Origin: Botryllus schlosseri
Taxonomy: Eukaryota
Direction of reading: 5' to 3'
Length of the DNA: 64,000 nt
Assembly (NCBI GenBank): GCA_051294905.1
Contig: CM119383.1
Span: 5,456,001-5,520,000, forward strand
Shown here: piece after piece, positions 47,027-58,832 of the stretch
Layout of the letters: the number at the start of each line of letters is the position of its first letter
How positions within the stretch are numbered: position 1 is the first letter of the stretch
The notes under the pieces: generated by a model
The model's database searches: none
What the model was told of the DNA's origin: nothing
What the model saw: only the letters and a program-made list of their open reading frames with translations
Translations under genes and position numbers: made by a program

Positions 47027-49307
47027 GAAGCTGAGCTCGACTGATGAAACTTTTCGCACTCCGCGCGATTTACATCCGATTCATATCTATTGCTCTGTAT
47101 GTAATCTGAATTTCATATTTCAAAATCTATCATCCGTAGTCGTAACCTTCCATGCCATCAAACTATCCGTTTGGTTTGCTTGCATCCTGGTTGCGTTTTG
47201 TGAGATGACGATAAGGGTGGCGCGAAATCCGTCATCATCAGAGGGGGGGTGGGGGGGCGTGTCTTAAAAGTATGAGAACCACTGTTCTAAGGTACATACT
47301 TCCTACGTTGTTTTATGTTTAATTTCTGGCGCGACAGCCCGATCTCAAGGCCTTCGCAGTTTGAAAGGTTCAACTGCTAAACATCACAGAAATCCTAAAC
47401 GAGATTGACATAATTCGGATCGCGAGTGGGATTTCAGATTGGCCACTCCAGTTTAATTATTTCAGTGATGTGCTAATAAAAAAGGATTCGCGCGTGTCTT
47501 AGGTAGATCCGTTCTCTATATGCGTAGACTTTGGGTATTCATATTTTATTTTCACGTCGTAGAAGCGTGTTGGGAGCTAAAATGGTTATGATGCTGTCCA
47601 CATTGTGTGTCCTGGAACTGAACCAAAAGCAGAATTAGTAAATCTATGAACAGATCGCTGCTCACAGATTTAAAGTTCAATCCTACTCTAAGAATCGGCA
47701 CAACCAAGCTTCATCTCTAATAGTTTTGACAAATCGGTTATTGCGGTCGAGCAGCCTATGAAATCTCGCCGCTATATGTTTCTGACGCGTGCACGATATC
47801 ATCAAAGCAATCAAATCAATTCAGTTTGTTTTAAATGAGCACATATCTCCATGTCCTCACTATATAATCAAATAACAATATTGCATTTTGGTTTATAATT
47901 CCAATTTTACATAGTGCGGCCCGCGAATGGATTCAGATGTTGAATGCGGCCCGCGAGCTCAAAAGTTTGCCCACCCTTGGTATACAGGAATGGAGTGGGA
48001 TGTAGGTCATGGATTGGGCCATCTGTAATGTGAGCTCTGGTGATTGCTACTTGCTAGGGTCTGCAATAGATTCCTCCACGGGCCGGATGAAATCATCTGA
48101 CGGGCCGTGTCTGGCCTGTCAGGATTGTGTTTGACAGCCCTGCTATACTGTTAGGTCGGTGCGGCCTAAGTGACTTTGCCCTAAGCTACACTCAATCTTT
48201 AATCACAACAACAACAATATGAACATGCTCTCTGACTGGCACCTTTTGAGCGTGCAAGTCAGAGCGGTACGAATGTATCAGAATGTTAATATTCGAACAG
48301 TAACGCGTCAGGAATAAGCGTAATACATTTACGAGTCGCGATCGCTTGGATAAAGTTTGTAGGTGTATTATGTGCAGCTACAATAGGCCTACTTCAACAA
48401 AGTAATTAATGGCAATGGCCCCGACCGAAGTCGAACCGCGAGTAGGGCTGGGCACAATGATTCGGGAACTCGAATCTGAATCGAGTATTATTTTAAATGT
48501 TTCGAGTCGAGTACTGAAATTACACGCTCCTTGTAACCAGTGTTGGGATGACTCGAGTCACTTTTTTCGTATGACTTGACTTGACTCGAGTCACTTTGCT
48601 AAAATGACTTGACTTGACTTGACTCGGCGTATCAGAAATGTGGATTGACTCGTGACTTGGAGCAAAATTCACGAGTCAATTTCAAGTCATCAAGTAATCG
48701 GTGTCGATAAAAATCACTGTATCTTGCATATCTTCGGATTGTTCACGAAACGCTGGTGTAACCTAGGGTTACCATATTTTGGTGAAGCAAATTCCGGACA
48801 CTCTTCAGCGCCCACTGGCGGATTTTTAAATGAGCTGTAACTCATCGACCGTCAATATGATGTCACACTGGAAAAGCATTGTCCATCGACTGTATTGTAT
48901 ACACTATACAGGGATGGAGTGGAACATAGGTCATGAATTGGGCCATCTGTAACGTGAGCTCTGGTGATTGCTACTTGCTAGGGTCTGCAGTAGATTCCTC
49001 CACGCGCCGGATGAAATCATCTGGAGGGCCGTGTCTGGCCTGTCAGGATTGTGTTTGGCAGTCCTGCTATACTGTTAGGTCGGTGGGCTATCTGTATATG
49101 TGTTTTAATCATATCCGAAACAACATTTTTCTCCTCCCCCTCTTCCGCCCAAAAAAGCACTGATCTTGGGCCCACCATAGGATAGTCGATGTAACTTGTT
49201 GGGCACTTACTATATACATTTGGCTGTTAAATTTTATGTATGAATTGTGCCAATAATATTGATTCTTCCATATATTAGGCTACTATAAAATGCACCAGCA
49301 TGTTGCA

Positions 49308-49733
49308 CAGGCTTACCATACGTCCTCTTTTAAGAGGATTTGTCCTCTTTTCTGACTTTTTTGAAAGTGTCCTCGGAGGACGCCCTTTTGTCCTCTTTTT
49401 TGAGATTTTGTCCTCTTTTTTGAAAATTTAGGCAGATTTAGAGCATATTGCGAGTGATATGCCGAAAATTAGCACAGAAGTGACGCTCCAGCGGGTATTG
49501 CGGAGAGAAAAACGGTGATTTTAGCTCTTAGCGAAAAGCTTTTTTAGTCATCTACCTGGCAATGTGGAGTAAAAAACGTTATTTTGAGCTCTGAGCAGAA
49601 GTGATGACCTTTTTTTTTTTTTCAATCAACCGATCACAACGTGGGAAAAATTAACCATTTTACTCCGGTTTTGCAAGTTGCAAATTTCTGAAAAAGTGTC
49701 CTCTTTTTGGATTTCCAAAATATGGTAAGCCTA
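49308..49733. mobile_element. hAT MITE (GGCTTACCATA family)
   Basis: TIRs present, exact TSD ATGTTGCA; close homolog of 21707-22074. Confidence 0.88.
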
Positions 49734-50037
49734 ATGTTGCACAGCCGGTGATTTCCAACCTTCTATGGTCGCGACCTCATTTTCCACTTGAAAATGTTCC
49801 GTGGCAAAGCTCAACATCATCGCGATCCCCAGATAAATGCGAACGACACCAAGATTTGGAACCACTGTTTGTGATTGAAGCTACCAATCGACCTTAACCA
49901 GCTCCAGGAATAGGCTCTACCATAAGCTTATAATTGCGATTACAATCAGACTTATTTTAGTAAATGATGGTTATTTATATTACTTTTGATTGCATTTTTG
50001 GAGAGGGTGGTGCCTGCTGCCATACTAATATCATTAT

Positions 50038-53000
50038 TGTAATATAGTTCAATGTATTTAAAAACGTTTCAGTAAAAACCGCACAACCAGTCCTCTCGCC
50101 TTCGAGCCCGTTCTGTCGATCGCGTGACAGGAGCGTCGGGAGCACACACATAATCATTACGTTAATCACAATCACACTTCCCCTTGATCTAAAGATCACA
50201 TGGGAAACCAACACATAACGCAACGATGTAACTTCAAACGTGAAAATCAGGTGAACAATTCTAAAACAGTGTATAGCCTACATGAAACGGCAAACTTCCC
50301 CTTGGTCTGAAGATCGCACGGGAAGCCAAGTCAACGTGATAAATGTGGACACAAAAACAAACTAATACGCAGTGTACACATATCGATACATCAAATTGAA
50401 AGTTAAATTTCGATATATGCCTGTGATCTATTGACGGGGACGGGGAGTCATATGGTCTTCCTACCCCCGTGATATATTGATCACTGGCCCAAATTCAAAG
50501 CTTTTGAGTGTAACCCCGCAGTGTAGCCTATATAGGCCAATGGGCCAATTCTGAATAAATTAACACGAGTCGTTCGCTATTAGAAGCACACAAAGTGGAT
50601 CCCACAACTAAAACATACTGGCGTACAAAAAACGAAAAACTGCGGTGTAGGTGTGCCTCAAACGATGGACGAAAGCGATGATAACTGGAATTTGTAGCAT
50701 ACAGAATTCGTACTTGAAGGCTAAAACTTGCAAGGTATATGCAATCATCACAAGGCATAAGCATTTACGCGCGAACAAATCAAAATGTAAAAAATCACTT
50801 ATTCTTAGTACAGATATACTCAACATCCAGCCTACATAAAAGTCAGCCAACCATTGTGGCGGCGCTCGATCCCGATTTGGTCGCGAATGGTCAGAGTTAT
50901 TTCTCTCAATATCATGGTCGACATTGTCATCACCAGGTTGATCCAGATCAGCTGAGTTATTCCCATCGGTGATATTCTCTTCCGTACCGACTGGGTCAAT
51001 AGCTTCACCCGAGTTACCGCTGTTTTCCGTATCAATGGCATCATCTTCTCTGCTACAATTCAAGTCGATTTCGCGCGACGTAACACTTCCTCCTGGTGGG
51101 TTAGGTAGATCCCCGACGGCGAGTCTAACGTCAGAAAGATGTCGATTCATCCCGTCAACCTCGACCACCACGTCGGCGACAACCCTGGTAACGACACCTC
51201 TATTCCATTGAGTAGTACATCGAGCATTTGGTGGCTTCACGAACACTACATCACCGACTCGGTATGGGTTGGAACTATTTTGTCGGTCCAATCTCTTTCT
51301 GCTTGCGCGGATCATTGAAGATGGCAAACCAGATTCATAGCGAAACACCTTATCCGCAGGTACAATATCCTCCGAATTCGGAGTGTGATTGTACCAATAC
51401 ACCATTCGTTCAACACTACCTCCAGATCTCGCGGCCATTCTTTTGATAGTTCTGTGATTCCGCTCCACAATACCATTTCCAGAATGCCGGTAGGCGCAGC
51501 TGAACACATGTTCCACCCCCCAACTGTTCAAAAACTGGCGCATTTTCTGACTAGTAAAACAAGGTCCGTTATCACTCAGAATTTCACTCGGCGCACCTCT
51601 TTCCGAGAAGACTTGTTCAAGGATCTGGATGATTTTATCGGCCGTTTCATTTCGCACCGCCCGCCATATCGCAAATCGACTAGGCCCGCAGTCGATCAAA
51701 CTCAGGTATGGTCGAGTGTTTACGTAAGTAATGTCAAGTGCCAGGCGCTCCCAGACAACGGGAACGGAAAGCTGCCCGTGTTCCCATCTCACGGGACTCG
51801 GATCAATTCTGCGACAGATGTTGCACTCATTGATTACTCGTTGAACAACATCACGAGTAACAGCTTCGCCAATGCTTCTTTTGGCCACGAAAAGCGTCCG
51901 ATTCACACCTAGGTGATGCACGTTATGAAGAGCCCGTACCTGTTCAATCACGTTCTCATTACGCCGGTTTACTCCAAGACACACCTTCTTTAGCCAGCGT
52001 TGCGGGACTCTCGTTAGTGCATCTGCGAGATTCTCCGACGATGGTACCCAACGGATTGTGACCTCCATGCAGTATTCCTGAAAGAGCTGCGCGATAATTC
52101 CCAATCTTCTTTTAATAATCATTTCACTTAGCCCACTGACTCTAGGTCGACGCGAATCTTCCAATATTGACTTGACCCAATGGAACACACTGACCGAGTC
52201 GGTCACAACTTCTACATTAGTGAAACCCCATCTCAGCATCAAACTTAATCCCTTTACGACAGCGTCGAGCTCCGCGACATTTATATGCGTTCCGTCGTCC
52301 TCTTTCCTCATCCATGCTGCATCTTCGACAACCTTCCCATTTACGGTCAAACAGCATGCCACCGCCATATTGCTCGCATCGCACCAAATTTGCGCTCTTC
52401 CATCACGATATACTCTCCAGTCCCCTCTTACTGGATCGTTCTCTCGTACCTTCGTCAAGATTTCTTCAGCCAAATGCATAACTGGATTCGGGATTACCGC
52501 ATCCCACGCTATCTCGTTAGTAAGTCGTTTTACATGACTGCATGCAGTTCTTAACCACCCGGCCACGGGATAATGCCCTGTGAGCTTGCCGAACACAGAA
52601 AATAGCCCTCTCTTCGTCATGCGGCCGTTCAAACTCGGCAGGTCACCATCTCTCCTCCACTCCAGTACTCCATTCTGGGTCTCATTCACCCGCAATCCAA
52701 GTACACGTGCATCACGTAACGGAACTGGATCCTTCGTCGCTAACCCATAACTTGCCAAATGCCTGCGCACTTTCTCAACAGCTACAACATTCTCATCAAC
52801 CCAGATGTCGTCGATGTAATGGTCGGTTCCCCTTGCTATGTCGTCTTCCAGTGACAATACGGTAGAAATGATCTTGGTCATCACCTTTGGGCCGATGTTC
52901 AAACCGAACCCCATTCGTGTCATAACGTAAACTTTTCCTTGATGCCGCACTACTTGGAATTTTTGCAGCCTCTCGGACACGTGAATCTGTAGGTATGCCT

Positions 53001-54721
53001 TCCGGAGATCCAAGATCGATGCACGATTACTTCGTTTGCGCCAATTTCTCAATTTTTCTTGGCATACTGCCGCATCCAGTCCGGGGTGACTCATGACATG
53101 GGAATTCAGCTCGCGGTAGTCCATCACTGGCCGTACCTTCTGCTTCTTGTTTGGTTGCTTGACCGCCAACAGCGGAATTATTCCGCCGTGGGAACCGTGA
53201 CGGGCAGGATCGTACTCCACCAACCACCCGTCTCTGATCCATTGGCTGAGTTCATCATCAAACGATGTACGACACTCCGACGGCATCTGATATCCCCCAC
53301 ATTGATTAGTCAACTCAGGCTCGCCATTTTCCCATCTCCACTCCATAGTCCACTTCGCTCCATCAAATTTTGCAATGAAATCTTTATCGTCAATTTGTAA
53401 CCGTTTATTCGTCGCGGCCACCGCACTTGCTACACACACCTTTGCACCAAACCACACGTCAAGATTTGAATCAACGAATACTCCGCCTAATTGCTGGATA
53501 ACATCAATACCGAGAATCACGCCAGCAGCACATACGAGCTCCGAGGCTACCAAGCATTGTACCCTGACGTTGGTCTCGCCTACAACAATCATTACCATGG
53601 TCTCTCCGTAACAACTAGTGCTTTCCCCGTTCAGCATCTCCACAATCCTTCTCGGACCCGAAACGGTATGGCCCATACGACGACACACGTCTTCAAGAAC
53701 AACAGATTGCTGGCACCCAGTGTCCACCAGAGCCTTGAGAGGTTTTCCGCCAATTGAAACCACAACAAACGGTAGCACCTTTTTTCCAACTTGTGAATAC
53801 GGGAGAACGCGTCCGGTGCTGACGGTTCTCCTTGGTAATTTTCCTGCTGCGATCTTGTGACGTTCATCGGCTCTGCATTGGCGAGCTATATGACCAAGCT
53901 TACCACAGGAAAAACATCTTGGTTGTCTCCAGGCCATTTCGTTACCGTCATTTCTTGGCTCTTTAATAGGGCATTCTTTAGCAAAGTGACCACGCTTCCC
54001 GCAGAAAAAACAGTTGTCCTTCCGCTGACGCGAACCGACCGCGCACGATACATTGAAGCTGCTCCTGACCGACATTATTACTCGTGCCCGCGCGACGAGA
54101 TCACTCAAATTCATTTTGTCCACTTCTGCTACAGACTTTAACTGACATGAAACCTCTGGGGGGAGACCATTTACAAACGCGCACCGAATTAACGCCTCGG
54201 ATGCATCCACTCTCATCCCAATCAATAGCGCAAGCCTTTTTAGGTCGGAAAGGTACACATCGACAGGTTCTTCATCCAGCAGTATTCTTCGCTGGAATTC
54301 GCTATACGCGTCATAGCAATTCACTCCAAACGCGTTCAAAATAGCTTGTTTCGACTTCTTGTAATCCTTCCTGTCGCCTTCTGGCAACTGCTTGAACACT
54401 GCAAATGCAGGGCCATCCAACAGCAATGGGAAAATAGTTGGCAGTTTGTCCGTCAGTTCTTGCAGCTCGGCGACCAGTTCCAGTTTCTCAACCCACTTTG
54501 CAAAATCACCAGACGTTGGATAATCTTCATAACTCCTCACAATATCAGTTAACTTCATATTCGCCATTGTGCCGCGATAGCTTGTAATATAGTTCAATGT
54601 ATTTAAAAACGTTTCAGTAAAAACCGCACAACCAGTCCTCTCGCCTTCGAGCCCGTTCTGTCGATCGCGTGACAGGAGCGTCGGGAGCACACACATAATC
54701 ATTACGTTAATCACAATCACA
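50038..54721 (-). mobile_element. Intact Ty3/Gypsy LTR retrotransposon, 4684 bp
   Basis: Identical 139-bp LTRs (50038-50176, 54583-54721; TG...CA), 5-bp TSD ATTAT, PPT at 50177-50186, single gag-pol ORF. Confidence 0.97.
50608..54567 (-). CDS. Gypsy Gag-Pol polyprotein (2 CCHC knuckles, protease, RT, RNase H, integrase)
   Basis: CFFCGKRGHFAKEC, CFSCGKLGHIARQC, ALVDTGC, RPVMDYRELN, LDLRKAYLQI, YIDDI, CDAS...INVAEL, HHLGVNRT...CNIC, LSDNGPCF, GNGIVERNHRTIK; likely start MANMKL at 54567. Confidence 0.95.
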   Translation of the reverse strand: MANMKLTDIVRSYEDYPTSGDFAKWVEKLELVAELQELTDKLPTIFPLLLDGPAFAVFKQLPEGDRKDYKKSKQAILNAFGVNCYDAYSEFQRRILLDEEPVDVYLSDLKRLALLIGMRVDASEALIRCAFVNGLPPEVSCQLKSVAEVDKMNLSDLVARARVIMSVRSSFNVSCAVGSRQRKDNCFFCGKRGHFAKECPIKEPRNDGNEMAWRQPRCFSCGKLGHIARQCRADERHKIAAGKLPRRTVSTGRVLPYSQVGKKVLPFVVVSIGGKPLKALVDTGCQQSVVLEDVCRRMGHTVSGPRRIVEMLNGESTSCYGETMVMIVVGETNVRVQCLVASELVCAAGVILGIDVIQQLGGVFVDSNLDVWFGAKVCVASAVAATNKRLQIDDKDFIAKFDGAKWTMEWRWENGEPELTNQCGGYQMPSECRTSFDDELSQWIRDGWLVEYDPARHGSHGGIIPLLAVKQPNKKQKVRPVMDYRELNSHVMSHPGLDAAVCQEKLRNWRKRSNRASILDLRKAYLQIHVSERLQKFQVVRHQGKVYVMTRMGFGLNIGPKVMTKIISTVLSLEDDIARGTDHYIDDIWVDENVVAVEKVRRHLASYGLATKDPVPLRDARVLGLRVNETQNGVLEWRRDGDLPSLNGRMTKRGLFSVFGKLTGHYPVAGWLRTACSHVKRLTNEIAWDAVIPNPVMHLAEEILTKVRENDPVRGDWRVYRDGRAQIWCDASNMAVACCLTVNGKVVEDAAWMRKEDDGTHINVAELDAVVKGLSLMLRWGFTNVEVVTDSVSVFHWVKSILEDSRRPRVSGLSEMIIKRRLGIIAQLFQEYCMEVTIRWVPSSENLADALTRVPQRWLKKVCLGVNRRNENVIEQVRALHNVHHLGVNRTLFVAKRSIGEAVTRDVVQRVINECNICRRIDPSPVRWEHGQLSVPVVWERLALDITYVNTRPYLSLIDCGPSRFAIWRAVRNETADKIIQILEQVFSERGAPSEILSDNGPCFTSQKMRQFLNSWGVEHVFSCAYRHSGNGIVERNHRTIKRMAARSGGSVERMVYWYNHTPNSEDIVPADKVFRYESGLPSSMIRASRKRLDRQNSSNPYRVGDVVFVKPPNARCTTQWNRGVVTRVVADVVVEVDGMNRHLSDVRLAVGDLPNPPGGSVTSREIDLNCSREDDAIDTENSGNSGEAIDPVGTEENITDGNNSADLDQPGDDNVDHDIERNNSDHSRPNRDRAPPQWLADFYVGWMLSISVLRISDFLHFDLFARKCLCLVMIAYTLQVLAFKYEFCMLQIPVIIAFVHRLRHTYTAVFRFLYASMF

Positions 54722-55799
54722 ATTATACGTTGCATTAACTCGCGCGCGGCGCGAAGAACAATTTTTAATACCATAAATCTGCTCAAAAATATAATATTGT
54801 TTATGTGGATTTACGAAAAACTTTTGAGCCTGCTTCAAGCCTTCAAAATTCCGGACATTTAGGCATATTTTAGAAATTCCTCCCGGACGCAGATTTTTCA
54901 GTGAAATTCCGGACATGTCCGGGAAATTCCGGACGTATGGCAACCCCAGTGTAACCCGTGAGAGCGACCAATCATTCAATAATCGACTGTTTCACCTCCA
55001 TTGTTCTTTTACAAAAAACTGGACCGCAAACGACGTGATCGAAGCTTACAGATTACTTTGTTGCAAACTAGTAGTAAAGTCATTTAAAAAATGTCAATTT
55101 CCGTTCTATTGTCTTACTTTCACATAACCTCTTGTTTATTTGAAATTGAACTCGAATATGGTTTATAATATAGTCCTCAACCATTGGCACAGGCGTGAAT
55201 TGTATCACATCAATTTGTAAATGGGTAATGTACTGCATCTTATTCATTCGTTTCTCTATTCTATATATTGACTGGTAGCCTAACTATAAACTGAGGTTAT
55301 GTAACTAATTACTTCCGTAGTTTAGCAGTTCTACGTATATGTGAGCGATACAGCGCCTTCTTGCGTGTATATTTAATTCTATATTTGTTCATCGGTTCGG
55401 AAAGTATGGCCACTCAATCTGTATTTCAGTCAGCTAGCAAAATACAATGACGTAATCATGCCTCATACTTCGAAAAGTCAACTTGACTTGAATTGTGACT
55501 TGACTCGTGACTTGACTTGACTTGACTTGACTTGACTCGACTTGACTCGAGCCACCTCCAAAAATCGAGTGACTTGACTTGACTCGAGTCACCTTCGAAA
55601 ATCGATTGACTTGACTTGACTCGAGTCAAAACGTGCAATGACTCGAAATGACTCGTGACTCGTAGGCATTGACTTGATCCCAACACTGCTTGTAACTGAA
55701 AGTTATACTAACAAGAATTATAGTTTTGATACTAATTTTCCACCGAGGAAGCCTTGAAACTTTGGTTAACCGTGTCGCAGCATACCAGACATTACAAAG

Positions 55800-56366
55800 C
55801 AGGGTTGTAAACATAAGTCGCAAGGCTCTGAGTCACAAATCCATCTCACATCTACAGCTTTGATTCGAGTCAAGTCGAGTCGAGCCATTTTCAATTCACC
55901 ACCGAGTCAAGTCCGAGTCCAAGTCATCGAGCAGAGGGTCAAGTCCGAGTCATGGTATGATGACTCGAGTCCGAGTCCAAGTCATTGTGTTGACTGTTCA
56001 GTTGCCAGTTAAAGTGTTGTTTAACTCAACTCTGTTTGGTGATATCGAATGATTCACATTTATAAAATACTAATTTTCCTCACTTTTAGCAGTTTCTTGT
56101 CTCATTTTCAAGTACCAGTACCATAATAGACAAAATGCCAATAGGGTGGTTACTTTACTATTCTTCGAAATTACAATGAAATGTCGGTCTTATGGCCGTC
56201 TGAGTCTCGAGTCATATAACCTGATTCAAGTCATGCGCAATGACTCGAGTCCAAGTCGAGTCATTTCCGTATTTTGAGAAAGTGACGCGAGTCAAGTCGA
56301 GGCATCAGAAAGCCGTGACTCGAGTCGAGTCATGAGTGACTCATGACCGGAGTCATTACAACCCTG
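55800..56366. mobile_element. hAT MITE (CAGGGTTGTAA family)
   Basis: TIRs present; TSD TTACAAAG / GTACAAAG. Confidence 0.82.
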
Positions 56367-56856
56367 GTACAAAGCTACGAAAGTTACTGGAAATATCACA
56401 TTTCCGAAGTCATTATCATCCAACAGCATTGTCAAGATGTGCAATGAAATCGGTATGGTCTAAAAAATACCCAAGTATCTTTAATGTGACGGATAGCAGG
56501 CATTATGTCCTTTGAACTTTGACATAGTACAGTCTGCTGTGACGTCATAGTGAATGATACTCGAATACTCGACTCGACTCGACTCTAAACGTAATAATTC
56601 ACGTGATTCAGAATCAAATCACTCAGGTACTCGATTTTGCCCAGCCCTGACCGCGAGAAGCTTGTAAATAGCCGTAAGATCCATATTTATTACATGCCCT
56701 AAATATTCGAGTAAGCTCACGGTAGCTTATTGTATATCATTTTCCAAAGCCACTGTACGCGTGATTCCTTGTTATCGAGAAACCCTGCTGGTCAAATTGT
56801 ACCCTCTCGAAGACGTAGTTTATGTTTCAAGTCGTACATCTATCAATATATAATGG

Positions 56857-57208
56857 TAGGGTTACCACTTACCATACGTTCTCTTTTAAGAGGATTTGTC
56901 CTTTTTTTGACTTCCTTGAAAGTGTCCTCGGCGGGCGCCCAAATGTCCTTTTTTTCGATTTTGTCCTCTTTTTTGAGAAATTTTGTTAAATATAGGGCAA
57001 AATTTCATTGAGATATATCAAATCTGCACTGAAGTAACAGTCCGCCGGCTATTTCGGGAGATGTGCCGGAACGTTGACCCTTTGTTTTAGTCAACCGACC
57101 ACGAGGTGGGAAAAATTTACCATTTTTCAGGATTTTCCTCTGGTTTTGCAAGTTTTAAAATTTTAGATTAGTGTCCTCTTTTACGATTTCCAAAATTTGG
57201 TAACCCTA
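56857..57208. mobile_element. Diverged TGTCCTCTTTT-repeat MITE
   Basis: TAGGGTTACCA / TGGTAACCCTA ends; body like 21707-22074; TSD not clean. Confidence 0.65.
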
Positions 57209-58372
57209 TATAGGCTACTGGTCAAGCTGGAAATGACGAACACTGTTCGAGTATCTCGCTCTATTATCTCCATGGTACTTAATGAGACAGCGTTGTATGG
57301 ACAGGAAATGACCATGACCAATTGGTACATATGTGTAGGCTACAATACACGCAGACTCCGCTCTCCGTACGAATTCAGTTTTGTGATTATCTGGTGACCA
57401 CTTGACCAGCAAGTTTTAGCCAAGTAGTAGAATATCGATTCTCGACGAATATGCTATCACTGGATTGGTGTACATCGACGATGAATTACCAATAAATAAA
57501 TGAGCAGATCATATTGTTTGCAGAATATGATACCCCCCGAGAGTCAATGTTTGATGACGACAAGCACATGAGTAAACGGGATGGATATAAAGATATTTGA
57601 ACAGGCAATCGGACACCTTCATTTTTCGACAGATAGGGCCTGACTAGTCCCGGAAGGTAGGTGTCGTCACCGTGTGAGTTGATTCGTTATAGCCTGTAGG
57701 TACCAATTGCTATTGACATCTCTTCTTTACGAACAACGGCAATTGATATTTAAATAACTTTTAGCATAAATGCAATCATTATCAATATATCAGTCACTGT
57801 AGTTTTTCGGGGATGCCTGGCTTAGATTTCTTTCGCCTTCGCGTTCACGCTGGTATGTGAGTTCGAGTGGTTGGAGCTTCGAGTTCGGTACGTGCGAACA
57901 TTGTATTCATTGTTTGGCTATTATTGTATCAATTTAATCCTGAAGTCAGTTGTAGTCGGTTTAGCCCAATGATATGAATCATTGATATAAATCAGTGATT
58001 TAATTGCCTATATAAAATCTATATCAAGTCGACTTGGTTGCTAATTAATGGCACAGCTGGTACGTTTTCGCCATTCTTAAAATTATGCGCGTCAAAATCA
58101 AAGTTCTGGTCAGGCCCGCCGTCGTACCCTGGCTTTAGGTAGAGGCTCGGCTACTGGGAGTTGGAGTCTAGAGGGCACATTTACTTTCATTTATCACGGA
58201 AGTCTGCTTGAATGATTGAATCATCGGAATTATAGAGTGGAAACAATCGACATGTGTAGATTCGATTAGATAATTCGAGGTCAATATATTTTCTATAGCT
58301 TCAAAGTGGCGTCTCAAACAGTTGTTTAAGTTGATAACGAAACTTGGAAATGACGGAATAAACAACAACAAA

Positions 58373-58439
58373 ATGCTGCGATCATCGGTAACTTTGCTGG
58401 GATTAATATTGGCATACATTGCGACCGCAGCGTCTCAGA
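58373..58439 (+). CDS. Putative first coding exon of a secreted protein (signal peptide)
   Basis: AAAATG then MLRSSVTLLGLILAYIATAASQ, followed by strong donor GTAAGT; downstream exons not identified. Confidence 0.5.
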
Positions 58440-58832
58440 GTAAGTAAGCATTTACTTTTTGCATGATGTGTATCTCTACAGGTGAATACGCTTTAGGTTA
58501 GTAATGTCTTAACCTGAAATATCTTTTGAAATACGATTCGAGAAGTCCGGAAGCACTATTTTCCTAGCCATTGGAAACACAGACTAGAGCAGGCGCAAAC
58601 TATTTACTTGTGTCAGTTTAAATTTTGTCGAGTGGGAGGGAGGTGTATAGCTTTAGAGCAGTGGTTCCCAACCTTTTTATCCTAATTCCCCACTTCCGAT
58701 TTATTCCGAGCCTTCATTCCCCACCTAAAATCTCTATATCCATATCCACCCATTAAAGTACGGCTACCTCCAATAAAATTCTTGCAAGGCTTTGCTTAGT
58801 AAATAGTACGTGGTATTGGGGATTGTTAAGAT

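Larger units (their letters stand above)
30061..47284. mobile_element. Charlie-like MITE (~320 bp) split by the Polinton
   Basis: TIR CAGTGGCTCTCA / TGAGAACCACTG, TSD TTCTAAGA / TTCTAAGG. Confidence 0.8.
29890..47979. mobile_element. hAT MITE, second shell of nest 1
   Basis: TIR CAGGGGTGGGCAAACT / AGTTTGCCCACCCTTG, exact TSD GTATACAG, GCGGCCCGC subterminal motifs. Confidence 0.85.
29754..48183. mobile_element. hAT-like element (TAGGGTTACCATA family), outer shell of nest 1
   Basis: TSD AGCTACAC on both sides. Rejoined halves (29754-29889 + 47988-48170) match the uninterrupted sequence at 48764-49085. Right end degenerate (TTTGCCCTA). Confidence 0.78.
48764..54948. mobile_element. hAT-like element (TAGGGTTRCCATA family), third shell of nest 2
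   Basis: TIR TAGGGTTACCATA / TATGGCAACCCCA, exact TSD GTGTAACC; the empty site is visible in the 19226-20083 copy. Confidence 0.85.
48538..55688. mobile_element. hAT MITE (CAGTGTTGGG family), second shell of nest 2
   Basis: TIRs as at 19226-20083, exact TSD CTTGTAAC. Confidence 0.88.
48443..56649. mobile_element. hAT MITE (TAGGGCTGGGCA family), outer shell of nest 2
   Basis: TIR TAGGGCTGGGCA / TGCCCAGCCCTG, exact TSD ACCGCGAG; diverged relative near 20505. Confidence 0.82.

Noticed and set aside
54568-54786. 73-aa N-terminal extension of the 1392-aa ORF
   Set aside because: It runs through the 5' LTR and flanking DNA outside the element; a chance open frame. The same peptide appears at the 3' LTR (49975-50223).
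55460-55680. (GACTT)n / GACTCGAGTC short repeats as CRISPR or satellite
   Set aside because: They are subterminal motifs of TSD-bounded MITEs.
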